From Actinomycetes bacterium (GTDB lineage: Bacteria; Actinomycetota; Actinomycetes; JACCUZ01): DNA of 42,249 nt. This document shows, piece after piece, positions 25,749 to 33,909 of this stretch (positions are counted from its first letter, which is position 1; each line of letters opens with the position of its first letter). The notes under the pieces are model-generated. The model searched no databases and was not told the DNA's origin. It worked only from the letters and a program-made list of their open reading frames with translations. A program made the translations under genes and the position numbers. The stretch spans positions 1 through 42,249 of the forward strand of contig DASYEF010000043.1 of assembly GCA_036499185.1 (NCBI GenBank), read 5' to 3'.

Positions 25749-25766
25749 ACGCGTCCCGCGCTCGGC

Positions 25767-26147
25767 CTAGGCGAGAGCCTTCGCCTTGAGCGCGTCGAAC
25801 TCCGCCTGGGTGATTGCTCCCGACTTGAGCAGCTCGGCGCCCTTGGCGATCTGGTCGGTCGGGTCGGCGCCGGCGCCGGCGACCTCGCGGATGTAGGCCT
25901 GCTGCGAGGCGTTGGCAGCCTTGGCCTGGGCCATGGCCCGTTCGGTCATGCCCTGGCCCTGGGTGATCATGTAGACGAGGATCGCGATGAACGGGAAGAA
26001 GAGCAGGAAGAGGATCCAGAGGAACTTGGTCCAGCCGCTCGCGTCATGGTTGGAGAACAGGTCCCCGATGATCCGAAAGAGGATCATGAAGTAGAAGAAG
26101 ATGAAGTAGAAGATCAGCAAGCTCCAGAGGAAATCGCCGAATGACAT
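25767..26147 (-). CDS. small membrane protein with PLDc_N-like TM domain and C-terminal SHOCT domain
   Basis: MSFGDFLWSLLIFYFIFFYFMILFRIIGDLFSNHDASGWTKFLWILFLLFFPFIAILVYMI, then a C-terminal KGAELLKSGAITQAEFDALKAKAL (SHOCT). ATG 26145-26147 has an upstream AAGGAG. Confidence 0.8.
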   Translation of the reverse strand: MSFGDFLWSLLIFYFIFFYFMILFRIIGDLFSNHDASGWTKFLWILFLLFFPFIAILVYMITQGQGMTERAMAQAKAANASQQAYIREVAGAGADPTDQIAKGAELLKSGAITQAEFDALKAKALA

Positions 26148-26230
26148 TGCCACTCTCCTTCTAGTTCGTTCGCCTGGCTTGCCGTCACGACCCGATCTTG
26201 GGTGCACCGCGATAGTGGCGCGCCCGGGAC

Positions 26231-26377
26231 CTGATCACCTCACCCGTCTCGGATGAGCCCGCGCCGCCCGGCTCAGGCCCGACGGATCGTCCAGGTGGCG
26301 TGACGCCCGTCCGCACCCGCCGGCTCGGGCGCCCGGATCATCCAGGTCGGGTGATGCCCGCCCGCGCCCTCCGGCCG
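26231..26377. repeat. three degenerate tandem repeats, period about 51-52 bp, in a divergent intergenic region
   Basis: Units start at 26231 (ctgatcacctcacccgtctcggatgagcccgcgccgcccggctc), 26283 (cggatcgtccaggtggcgtgacgcccgtccgcacccgccggctc) and 26334 (cggatcatccaggtcgggtgatgcccgcccgcgccctccggccg). Confidence 0.5.
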
Positions 26378-26402
26378 TACGTTCGCCGGGAGAGAGACCT
26401 TC

Positions 26403-28793
26403 GTGGCGAGCGATCGGACGACTGTGATGAGCCCTGACAGGCATGCGCGGACGATGCTGCCGATCCCGGACCGTCCCCCTCACGGCCTGACGACGTATGA
26501 CGCGAAGGACCCCGACACGGCGTTCCCGCCGATCGAGCCGCTGCGCCCGCCCAGGGGGGCGCCGAACGTCCTGATCGTGCTGCTCGACGATGTGGGCTTC
26601 GGCGCTGCCAGCACCTTCGGAGGCCCGTGCCGGACGCCGACAGCGGACCGGCTGGCCGCTGGTGGGCTGCGGTTCAACCGGTTCCACACCACGGCCCTGT
26701 GCGCACCGACCCGGCAGGCACTGCTCACCGGGCGCAACCACCACTCGGTCGGGATGGGCAGCATCACCGAGACCGCGACCTCAGCCCCGGGGAACAGCTC
26801 GCTGCGCCCGAACACCAAGGCCCCACTGGCCATGACGCTCAAGTTGAATGGGTACTCCACTGCGCAGTTCGGGAAGTGCCACGAGGTTCCGGTCTGGCAG
26901 AGCTCCCCGATGGGCCCGTTCGACGCCTGGCCGTCGGGTGGTGGCGGGTTCGAGACGTTCTACGGCTTCATCGGCGGGGAGAACAACCAGTACGACCCTG
27001 CCCTTTACGACGGAACGACACCGGTCGAACCGCCGGCCACCGCCGAGGAGGGCTACCACCTCACCGAGGACCTCGCCGACCGGGCCGTGAGCTGGGTGCG
27101 CCAGCAGAAGGCGCTGATGCCGGACAAGCCGTTCTTCATGTACTTCGCGCCGGGGGCGACCCACGCGCCCCATCACGTCCCCAAGGAGTGGGCGGACCGA
27201 TACGCCGGGCAGTTCGACGACGGCTGGGACGTGCAGCGGGAGCGCACGTTCGCCCGGCAGCAAGAGCTCGGAGTCATCCCGGTCGACGCCGAGCTGACCG
27301 AAAGGCACGACGAGATCACTGCGTGGGACGACATGCCGGCCGAGCTCAAGCCGGTGCTGGCGCGTCAGATGGAGGTCTACGCCGGGTTCCTCGAGCACAC
27401 CGACCACCACGTCGGCCGGCTGATCGACGCCATCGAGGACCTCGGGATCCTCGAGGACACGATCATCTACTACATCATCGGCGACAACGGCGCGTCGGCC
27501 GAGGGCACGATGAACGGCGCCTTCAACGAGATCGCCAACTTCAACGGGATGGCCGCGCTGGAGACCCCCGAGTTCATGCTGAGCAAGGTGGCCGAGTTCG
27601 GCTCACCCACCTCCTACAACCACTACTCGGTGGGCTGGGCATGGGCGATGTGCGCCCCGTTCCAGTGGACCAAGCAGGTCGCCTCGCACTGGGGCGGCAC
27701 CCGCAACGGCACCATCGTGCACTGGCCGAACGGGATCGAAGAGCCCGGCGGGTTGCGGTCGCAGTTCACCCACGTCATCGACGTAGCCCCGACGATCCTC
27801 GAGGCGGCCGGGCTGCCCGAGCCCACGATGGTGAACGGCCTGCAGCAGTCCCGCATGGAGGGCACCAGCATGCTCTACGCCTTCAACGAGGCGGACGTTC
27901 CGGAGCGCCACGACCTGCAGTACTTCGAGATGTTCGGCAACCGCGGCGTCTACCACCGGGGCTGGAGCGCCGTCACCAAGCACAAGACGCCCTGGGTGAT
28001 GTTCGGCGGCGCGATGCCCGCGTTCGACGACGACGTGTGGGAGCTCTACGACGGCCATACCGACTACAGCCAGGCGCACAACCTCGCCTCCGACCACCCC
28101 GAGATGCTGGCCAAGCTGCAGCGGCGGTGGCTGATCGAGGCCACCAAGTACAACGTGCTGCCGCTCGACGACCGCACGGGCGAACGCCTTGAGCCGGCGA
28201 TGGCCGGCAGACCGACACTGATCCATGGCGACTCGCAGCTGTTCTTCGCCGGGATGGGGCGCCTGTCGGAGAACAGCGTGGTCAGCATCAAGAACAAGTC
28301 GTTCTCCGTCACCGCCGAGATCGATGTCCCCGCCGACGGCGCCGAGGGCGTGATCATCGCCCAGGGCGGCCGGTTCGGCGGCTGGGCGCTCTACACCAAG
28401 CAGGGCAAGGCCAAGTTCGTCTACAACGTGCTGGGCATCCAGGAGTTCGCCACCGAGGCCGACGCTGCGTTGCCGAGCGGCACCCACCAGGTCCGGATGG
28501 AGTTCGCCTATGACGGTGGCGGGCTGGCCAAGGGCGGCGACGTCAGCCTCTACTACGACGGCACCACGGTCGGCACCGGCCGGGTCGGCGCCACCCAGCC
28601 GATGATCTTCTCCGCCGATGAGACCACCGATATCGGCTACGAGTCCGGCACCACCGTCACGCCGGACTACACCGCTCATGGCAGCCGGTTCATCGGCAAG
28701 ATCCACTGGGTGCAGATCGACCTGGGCAAGGACGACCACGACCACTTCATCGAGCCCGAGGAACGCCTCCGCATCGCGATGGCGAGGCAGTAG
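26403..28793 (+). CDS. arylsulfatase (formylglycine-dependent sulfatase family)
   Basis: NVLIVLLDDVGFGAASTFGG...TTALCAPTRQALLTGRNHH contains the C-x-P-x-R formylglycine motif. About 790 aa, like the large actinobacterial AtsA-type enzymes. GTG 26403 follows GGGAGAGAG. Confidence 0.9.
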   Translation: MASDRTTVMSPDRHARTMLPIPDRPPHGLTTYDAKDPDTAFPPIEPLRPPRGAPNVLIVLLDDVGFGAASTFGGPCRTPTADRLAAGGLRFNRFHTTALCAPTRQALLTGRNHHSVGMGSITETATSAPGNSSLRPNTKAPLAMTLKLNGYSTAQFGKCHEVPVWQSSPMGPFDAWPSGGGGFETFYGFIGGENNQYDPALYDGTTPVEPPATAEEGYHLTEDLADRAVSWVRQQKALMPDKPFFMYFAPGATHAPHHVPKEWADRYAGQFDDGWDVQRERTFARQQELGVIPVDAELTERHDEITAWDDMPAELKPVLARQMEVYAGFLEHTDHHVGRLIDAIEDLGILEDTIIYYIIGDNGASAEGTMNGAFNEIANFNGMAALETPEFMLSKVAEFGSPTSYNHYSVGWAWAMCAPFQWTKQVASHWGGTRNGTIVHWPNGIEEPGGLRSQFTHVIDVAPTILEAAGLPEPTMVNGLQQSRMEGTSMLYAFNEADVPERHDLQYFEMFGNRGVYHRGWSAVTKHKTPWVMFGGAMPAFDDDVWELYDGHTDYSQAHNLASDHPEMLAKLQRRWLIEATKYNVLPLDDRTGERLEPAMAGRPTLIHGDSQLFFAGMGRLSENSVVSIKNKSFSVTAEIDVPADGAEGVIIAQGGRFGGWALYTKQGKAKFVYNVLGIQEFATEADAALPSGTHQVRMEFAYDGGGLAKGGDVSLYYDGTTVGTGRVGATQPMIFSADETTDIGYESGTTVTPDYTAHGSRFIGKIHWVQIDLGKDDHDHFIEPEERLRIAMARQ

Positions 28794-28816
28794 ACGGCCG
28801 GCCCTGGACAGCCTCG

Positions 28817-29446
28817 ATGAGCCAATCAGGTATGACCGACCATCGCCGGCACGCGTGCCTCGCGCTCGGTGCCGTGCTGGCCGCGGTGCTGGTCGCCGGC
28901 TGCGGAGGTGGGAGCAACCTCCCCCGGCCGACGCGGTCGCCCAGCCTCCCGTCGGCGACCCGGACGGCGTCCCTCCCGTCCGTGAGCCGGACCGGCGTCG
29001 TCCCGTCCGTGAGCACGACCGCACCTTCGCCGGACACCACGACGCCCACGCCGAGCGCCACACCCACCCTCACCGCCACGACGGAGACGCCCACCGCGAC
29101 GGCCACCCGGACCGCGACGAGGACCGAAACCGCGACGGACGTCGAGACCGTGACGGCAACCGTGACGGACACGCCTACGCCGACGCCCACCAGCAGCCCG
29201 CCACCGACCGTGACCGTCACCACATCGGAGACGGCGACCACCAGTGCCGTCGCCAGCCCGACCGAGACTGCGGTCCCCGCCGCTACGTCCGATGACTCGT
29301 CGAGCCTTCCCTGGTGGGTCTGGCTGCTCCTTGCCGTGATCGTGGTCGGGGGCGTCGCCTGGCTGATCGTGGCCCGGCGCCGTCGGTCCTCGGACGCCTC
29401 CGCGACCGAGCCCCAGGAAGACGGTCCGAACCCGACGGACCAGTAG
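28817..29446 (+). CDS. Thr/Pro-rich putative lipoprotein with a C-terminal transmembrane anchor
   Basis: Lipobox LVAGC after a hydrophobic signal (alternative start ATG 28832, MTDHRRHACLALG). Long T/P/S low-complexity region. C-terminal PWWVWLLLAVIVVGGVAWLIVARRRR helix plus a basic tail. Confidence 0.7.
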   Translation: MSQSGMTDHRRHACLALGAVLAAVLVAGCGGGSNLPRPTRSPSLPSATRTASLPSVSRTGVVPSVSTTAPSPDTTTPTPSATPTLTATTETPTATATRTATRTETATDVETVTATVTDTPTPTPTSSPPPTVTVTTSETATTSAVASPTETAVPAATSDDSSSLPWWVWLLLAVIVVGGVAWLIVARRRRSSDASATEPQEDGPNPTDQ

Positions 29447-29465
29447 TCCGCGGGCTCACCGACGA

Positions 29466-29858
29466 TCAGAGCTCAGGTTCGTGAGGCGGGAAGGCGGTCG
29501 GGTCGGCCTGCCAGACGGCGAAGATGTTGCCGTCAGGGTCTTCCACGACCGCGTACCACGCGACCTTGGGTACCGCCGCCTTCGCGCGGACCAGCTTCCC
29601 GCCCAGGCTCTGAACCCGCTCGACGGTGTCGTCCAGCGAGTCCACCGAGACGTAGTGCACCCAGCTGCGCGGCCCCTCGATCGGGCGTTGCAGCAGGCCG
29701 CCCCGGATGCCCACGCCTTCGGCCGAGCGGGTCTGGATCTGGAAGTAGTCGATACCGGGAGCCTTGTCGATCTGCCACCCGAACAGCTGTGAATGGAACT
29801 CTGCGAGCTCGGGAGCGTGCTCCGCATAGATCTCGAAGTGCGTCACGGCAGCAGTCAT
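29466..29858 (-). CDS. VOC/glyoxalase family protein
   Basis: VTHFEIYAEHAPELAEFHSQLFGWQI...WVHYVSVDSLDDTVERVQSLGGK...VVEDPDGNIFAVWQ. Confidence 0.85.
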   Translation of the reverse strand: MTAAVTHFEIYAEHAPELAEFHSQLFGWQIDKAPGIDYFQIQTRSAEGVGIRGGLLQRPIEGPRSWVHYVSVDSLDDTVERVQSLGGKLVRAKAAVPKVAWYAVVEDPDGNIFAVWQADPTAFPPHEPEL

Positions 29859-30117
29859 GGTTCTGGCCTCCGTTCCGGTGTGCGCAGTCGTCGTGCCTGA
29901 CCGGTTCCAAAGCGCGGCGCAGGCTAGGCGGGAACGTTGTCCGCTTCTGGCGGCACCATGCAGTAGGCCATCGGGTGCGAGTCGGACATCGATTCCGCGA
30001 CGCCCCTCTTCCCGTCGGTCTCCCAGACCATGAAGCCCTTGTCGTCAGCCCCGCGGTTGGGCGGCATCCCGAGTTCACGGAGCGTCTCGTCCACACTGTC
30101 GTACCAGACGCCGATCT

Positions 30118-30309
30118 TCATGATCTCCCGCGCCTGCGCAGCGTGGCGACTGGTCGGCCGAACCGCTCGGCCAGCCCGACAACCGCCCCGATCTGCTCCA
30201 GCGACGTCATCCGCTCGCGCCTGCTGTTCCAGACGTTGTCCTCGATGCCGACCCGGACATGCTGGCCCATGATGATCGCGAGCGGCTGGACAACCGCATT
30301 CATCCGCAT
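30118..30309 (-). pseudogene. C-terminal remnant of a 3-keto-5-aminohexanoate cleavage enzyme (BKACE/DUF849) family gene
   Basis: GQHVRVGIEDNVWNSRRERMTSLEQIGAVVGLAERFGRPVAT matches the conserved BKACE C-terminus (G-H-V-R-V-G-x-E-D-N ... G-R-P-V-A-T). The usual continuation (AQAREIM) is in another frame, and about 200 N-terminal residues are missing. Confidence 0.55.
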
Positions 30310-30371
30310 CGCTCTCGGACCGTAGCTTCCGGCTGTTTACCGGGCCTCCTGCGTCGCGGAGGATCTCGCCG

Positions 30372-31979
30372 TCAGCCGACGACCGCTCGCGCGGCGCGCT
30401 CTCCGGTCTCCACGGCTCCGTTGAGATAGCCGAAGTCCTCGAGGCTGGTGTGCTCGCCGGCGAAGTGCACGTTGCGCTCCGGCACCGCACCGGCGCCGAA
30501 CAGCGTCGTGTACTGGCCCGGCTGCTGGCAGGTGTAGGCGCCCTTGGACCAGGGGTTCGACCACCAGAAGTCGCGGTACGCCTTGCCCGTGTAGGCGGCG
30601 GTCACGCCTGGGAACATCGGCTCCAGCTGCGCCAGGTAGGCGCTCACCTGGGCGGCCGGCGCCGTCCCGTGCGTCGCGCCCGACCAGCCGTCGCTGACCT
30701 GCCGGCCGCCAGGGAAGAACACGAACGCGCCGGCCGGGAGCGGGGCGTTGACGCTGTCGTCCCAGCCGCACTGGAACCCGGACACATTGGTGTACGCCGC
30801 GCCGCCGTACCCCTGCTCGACCCACGGTCGCCGACTGACACCGACGTGGATCTTGGCGTTCGCGCCGAGCCCGAGCTCGCTGATGGTGCGCAGCTTCACC
30901 GACGAGAACCCGGACTGGCTGAGGTCGGCGTCGCGCAGCGTGCTGAACGGCAGCGCGAGGACGACCCGGTCGGCAGTGACGTCGGAGACCTTGTTCCCGG
31001 CCTGGAAGCTGCACCGCACCGAGCCGTTCGCGTTGGTCTTCACCGCGACCAGCTTGTTCCCGTACTTGACGGTGCCGGCCGGGAGCTGGTCGAGCATCCG
31101 GGTCACGATCTGGTCGTTGCCGCCGTGCACGGTGTACTTCTCGTCCGAGCCGTTGAGCGGGGCGAGGCTGTTCTGCGAGTTCCAGCCGAGCAGGTAGACC
31201 AGGTTGAGCGCGCTCTGCTGGTCCGGGTCCAGGCCGTACTCGGCGACCGCGTTGGACTGCATCAGCTTCGCGAAGCGGCTCGACAGACCGCCCGGCACGT
31301 TCGTGTCGAGCCACTTGTTGACGGTCATGTTGTCCAACGTGATGCCGGCGTTGGTGTGGTTGTCGAACGTCTGCGGGTACGGCGCCGACCGAAGGGCGTT
31401 GCGCATGGCGCTGTAGACCTGGCCCCAATCGGCGTTCGCCGCGTCGTAGCTGTAGTCCGCGCCGTCGATCTGGTACTTGTCGACCATCCCGCCGTAGTTA
31501 CCGCCGTACACCGGATCGAGCCCGAGCCCGAGGCTGGACGCGAGGTTGCGGATGGCGTTGTGGTCGGTGTTGATGAGCTGGCCGCCGTGCTCGACGACCA
31601 GGCCGGGGAAGTAGTCCCGCAGCGAGTAGCAGCGGCCACCGGCCCGGTTGCTGCCCTCGTAGACGGCGGCGGCGATGCCCTTCACCCGCCACAGGTAGTG
31701 CGCCGCGCGCAGCCCCGCCAGCCCGGCGCCGACCACGAGGACGCTGGGGTTGGTCGCGGCGTTCGCGCGGCGGGCCGGCACTGAGCCGACGACGGTGGCG
31801 CCGGCGACCACGGCTCCGGCAGCCTTGAGCACGTCACGTCGGGTCGGGCCAGCGGTCGCGGACGCCGTACCTTCGCCGAGCACCTCCTCGACCGGGATCC
31901 CGGTACGCCGGGCCACGCCGTGCGCAGCGAGGGTGCGGCGCAGCGCCGCCGTCATCGGGGTGACGCCACGAGCTGCCAT
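30372..31979 (-). CDS. flavin-dependent amine oxidase family protein with twin-arginine signal
   Basis: TRRDVLKAAGAVVAGATVVG is a Tat motif. VLVVGAGLAGLRAAHYL...YEGSNRAGGR is an FAD dinucleotide-binding motif. C-terminal FAGEHTS. ATG 31977-31979 has an upstream GGAGG. Confidence 0.9.
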   Translation of the reverse strand: MAARGVTPMTAALRRTLAAHGVARRTGIPVEEVLGEGTASATAGPTRRDVLKAAGAVVAGATVVGSVPARRANAATNPSVLVVGAGLAGLRAAHYLWRVKGIAAAVYEGSNRAGGRCYSLRDYFPGLVVEHGGQLINTDHNAIRNLASSLGLGLDPVYGGNYGGMVDKYQIDGADYSYDAANADWGQVYSAMRNALRSAPYPQTFDNHTNAGITLDNMTVNKWLDTNVPGGLSSRFAKLMQSNAVAEYGLDPDQQSALNLVYLLGWNSQNSLAPLNGSDEKYTVHGGNDQIVTRMLDQLPAGTVKYGNKLVAVKTNANGSVRCSFQAGNKVSDVTADRVVLALPFSTLRDADLSQSGFSSVKLRTISELGLGANAKIHVGVSRRPWVEQGYGGAAYTNVSGFQCGWDDSVNAPLPAGAFVFFPGGRQVSDGWSGATHGTAPAAQVSAYLAQLEPMFPGVTAAYTGKAYRDFWWSNPWSKGAYTCQQPGQYTTLFGAGAVPERNVHFAGEHTSLEDFGYLNGAVETGERAARAVVG

Positions 31980-32436
31980 CGGCCGGCCTCCGGCTCTCCG
32001 CGGCGGCACGGTGCACGCACCGCCGGTTACCAACGTGATAGGTGGCATTCAGCACCTACTTCACCCGGCTGTCCAGCACTCCGCACCGGGTCACCAAGGC
32101 GGGCCCGTACCAAGCACACAACCGAGGTCTGTGCCTAGGCTCAAGGATGTGCCTGACGAATTCGAACTGGAGCTCCTGACGGACATCTCTGAGGCCGACT
32201 CGTTCGGCGAGGTTGAGCTTGCGGCCGAGTGGCGCCTGGAGCTGAAGAGCTATCGCGCTGCCAAGCAGCAGTCCCGTCCCCACGACCCGGCTTGGGGCGG
32301 TAGTTCGTCGGTCGCCCGACGCGAGGCGCTCGAGAAGCGGCGGTCGGACCTGTCGTGATCGCCTCGTCGAGGCCCTGCCGTGCCACCGGTCACTGCACGA
32401 CTGGGGCTTGGTGGCGGAGGGCTCGGCGGCTGAGTT

Positions 32437-33270
32437 TCAGGGGCGAGGTTCCGCGGGTGCCTCGACGTCGTCGTAGATGCGAACGGCGGCCAACAGGCCA
32501 TCCGGACCGCGCTCGTACACCCCGATCCCGGCCTGCGGGGGCAGCTCGTGGTTGCCCCAACGGACGCAGTTGTACTCGAGGACAGAGCGCACGCCGTCGT
32601 CCGTCACCGCACAGTGCTCAAGGCCGATGCCGCCGCCGGCGCTGAAGCACCGACTGAAGTACGAGCGGAGCTCGGCTGTGCCGCGGTGCGCCGAGTGCGG
32701 GCCGACGAACTCACGCAGGTATCCATCGGGCTCGAAGGTGCTCACGATCGCGTCGGCGTCACCAGCGTCCAGCGCGCTGTGGTAGCGGCCGACGACTTCA
32801 CCGAGGCTGGCACTCCCGGGTTCGAGGATGGGCGGCCGGACGTGGCGGCGTCCGTCGACCGGCCATTGGGAGCAGTACGTGCGGAAGACCACGGACCGAT
32901 CGTTCGGGGACTCGGCCACGACCGCCACGGGCCAGACCAGGTCCTGCCCGTCGCGTTCCAGGTGAGCGAGCAGCTCCACGACGGCACGCCCGTCGGCACA
33001 CGTGGCAGCCACCGTGTCGGTGCGAACGTGGTGCTCGGCCATCCAGGACTGGTTCGTGCGGACGAACTGCCGCAGCTGCTTGTGGCCGCGGATCTCGCCT
33101 GCGCGGGGATCGTAGATCACCACCTCACCGGGCCACACGTCCTCGAGCGCGCGGGCGTCACCGTCGTTCAGTGCTGTGAAGTACTGCGCGACCGGGTCGG
33201 CCTGATCGGCGGCGCGGGTCTGCATGCGCGCCAGTTCCACGGCACTGGAGAACTCCGGGAACCACGGCAT
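32437..33270 (-). CDS. tandem SnoaL/NTF2-like (ketosteroid-isomerase-fold) domain protein
   Basis: Two repeats of the pattern YF.ALN.GD..AL...W / YHSALDAGDADAIVSTFEPDGY. ATG 33268-33270 has an upstream GGAGG, 2 nt after the upstream gene's stop. Confidence 0.7.
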   Translation of the reverse strand: MPWFPEFSSAVELARMQTRAADQADPVAQYFTALNDGDARALEDVWPGEVVIYDPRAGEIRGHKQLRQFVRTNQSWMAEHHVRTDTVAATCADGRAVVELLAHLERDGQDLVWPVAVVAESPNDRSVVFRTYCSQWPVDGRRHVRPPILEPGSASLGEVVGRYHSALDAGDADAIVSTFEPDGYLREFVGPHSAHRGTAELRSYFSRCFSAGGGIGLEHCAVTDDGVRSVLEYNCVRWGNHELPPQAGIGVYERGPDGLLAAVRIYDDVEAPAEPRP

Positions 33271-33272
33271 CT

Positions 33273-33863
33273 TCAGCCTCCACGCCGGCTGCGGGTCTGC
33301 CGGGCCCAACCGTGGAAGGAGGAGTAGTCCTCCGCGTCCCAAGCTTCGCGTAGTCCTGGCTTGCTCAGGTCCCAGTCCGGACGGATCTCGCTGCTGGCCG
33401 CACGCAGGTCACTCCACAGGTCAGACACCGACGGCCGACCCCAGAACCAGTAGCCGTTGTAGATGCTGTGAATGACCAGTCCAGGGTTGAGCACGAGCGT
33501 GTACGGGATCATCGGATCGTGCTCGGGGTCGGTGTACTCCTTGATGTCCAGGTCTTGCTGGATCGTGCGGCCGGGGTCGGACAGGAAGGGCCACTGGGCG
33601 CCGACCGACGCGCGGAACTCCTGCAGGGTGTGGTGCTCGTCGGTGGCGATCGTGACGATCCGGGTGTAGGCCACCGCGAGCTTCGGCTGGAAGGCCGCTA
33701 GCTCCAGGTGCTGTTGGTGCTCCTTCGGGCAGTAGTGACCACGCGCGAGCGTGAGGACCATCGGGTCGTCGCCCTGCAGCTCGCTCAGGCTGCGGACGTT
33801 CTCCGTGTGGTCGGGGAGCGCGTAGTCCGGGAACGTGGCGCCGGGAACGATGTCGGAACGCAC
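33273..33863 (-). CDS. redoxin/AhpC-TSA family thioredoxin-fold protein (single CPKE cysteine)
   Basis: PGATFPDYALPDHTENVRSLSELQGDDPMVLTLARGHYCPKEHQQ is typical of the peroxiredoxin-like family. GTG start. Confidence 0.8.
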   Translation of the reverse strand: MRSDIVPGATFPDYALPDHTENVRSLSELQGDDPMVLTLARGHYCPKEHQQHLELAAFQPKLAVAYTRIVTIATDEHHTLQEFRASVGAQWPFLSDPGRTIQQDLDIKEYTDPEHDPMIPYTLVLNPGLVIHSIYNGYWFWGRPSVSDLWSDLRAASSEIRPDWDLSKPGLREAWDAEDYSSFHGWARQTRSRRGG

Positions 33864-33909
33864 AGGATGTACCGCCTCTCACGTGGCGTCGGGGAAGTCC
33901 GGCTGGCGC

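Noticed and set aside
26232-26246. 15-nt exact match tgatcacctcacccg shared with 40686-40700
   Set aside because: One or two 15-mers shared by chance are expected in 42 kb of compositionally biased DNA when both strands are considered. The flanks do not extend the similarity, so I do not treat it as a repeat family.
29924-30121. 65-aa ORF MKIGVWYDSVDETLRELG... with an apparent GGGAG upstream
   Set aside because: The apparent RBS and ATG fall inside the conserved ...AQAREIMKIG C-terminal motif of the decayed BKACE gene. The ORF is most simply read-through of a pseudogene, and I recognise no family. It is mentioned under the remnant finding rather than as a gene.
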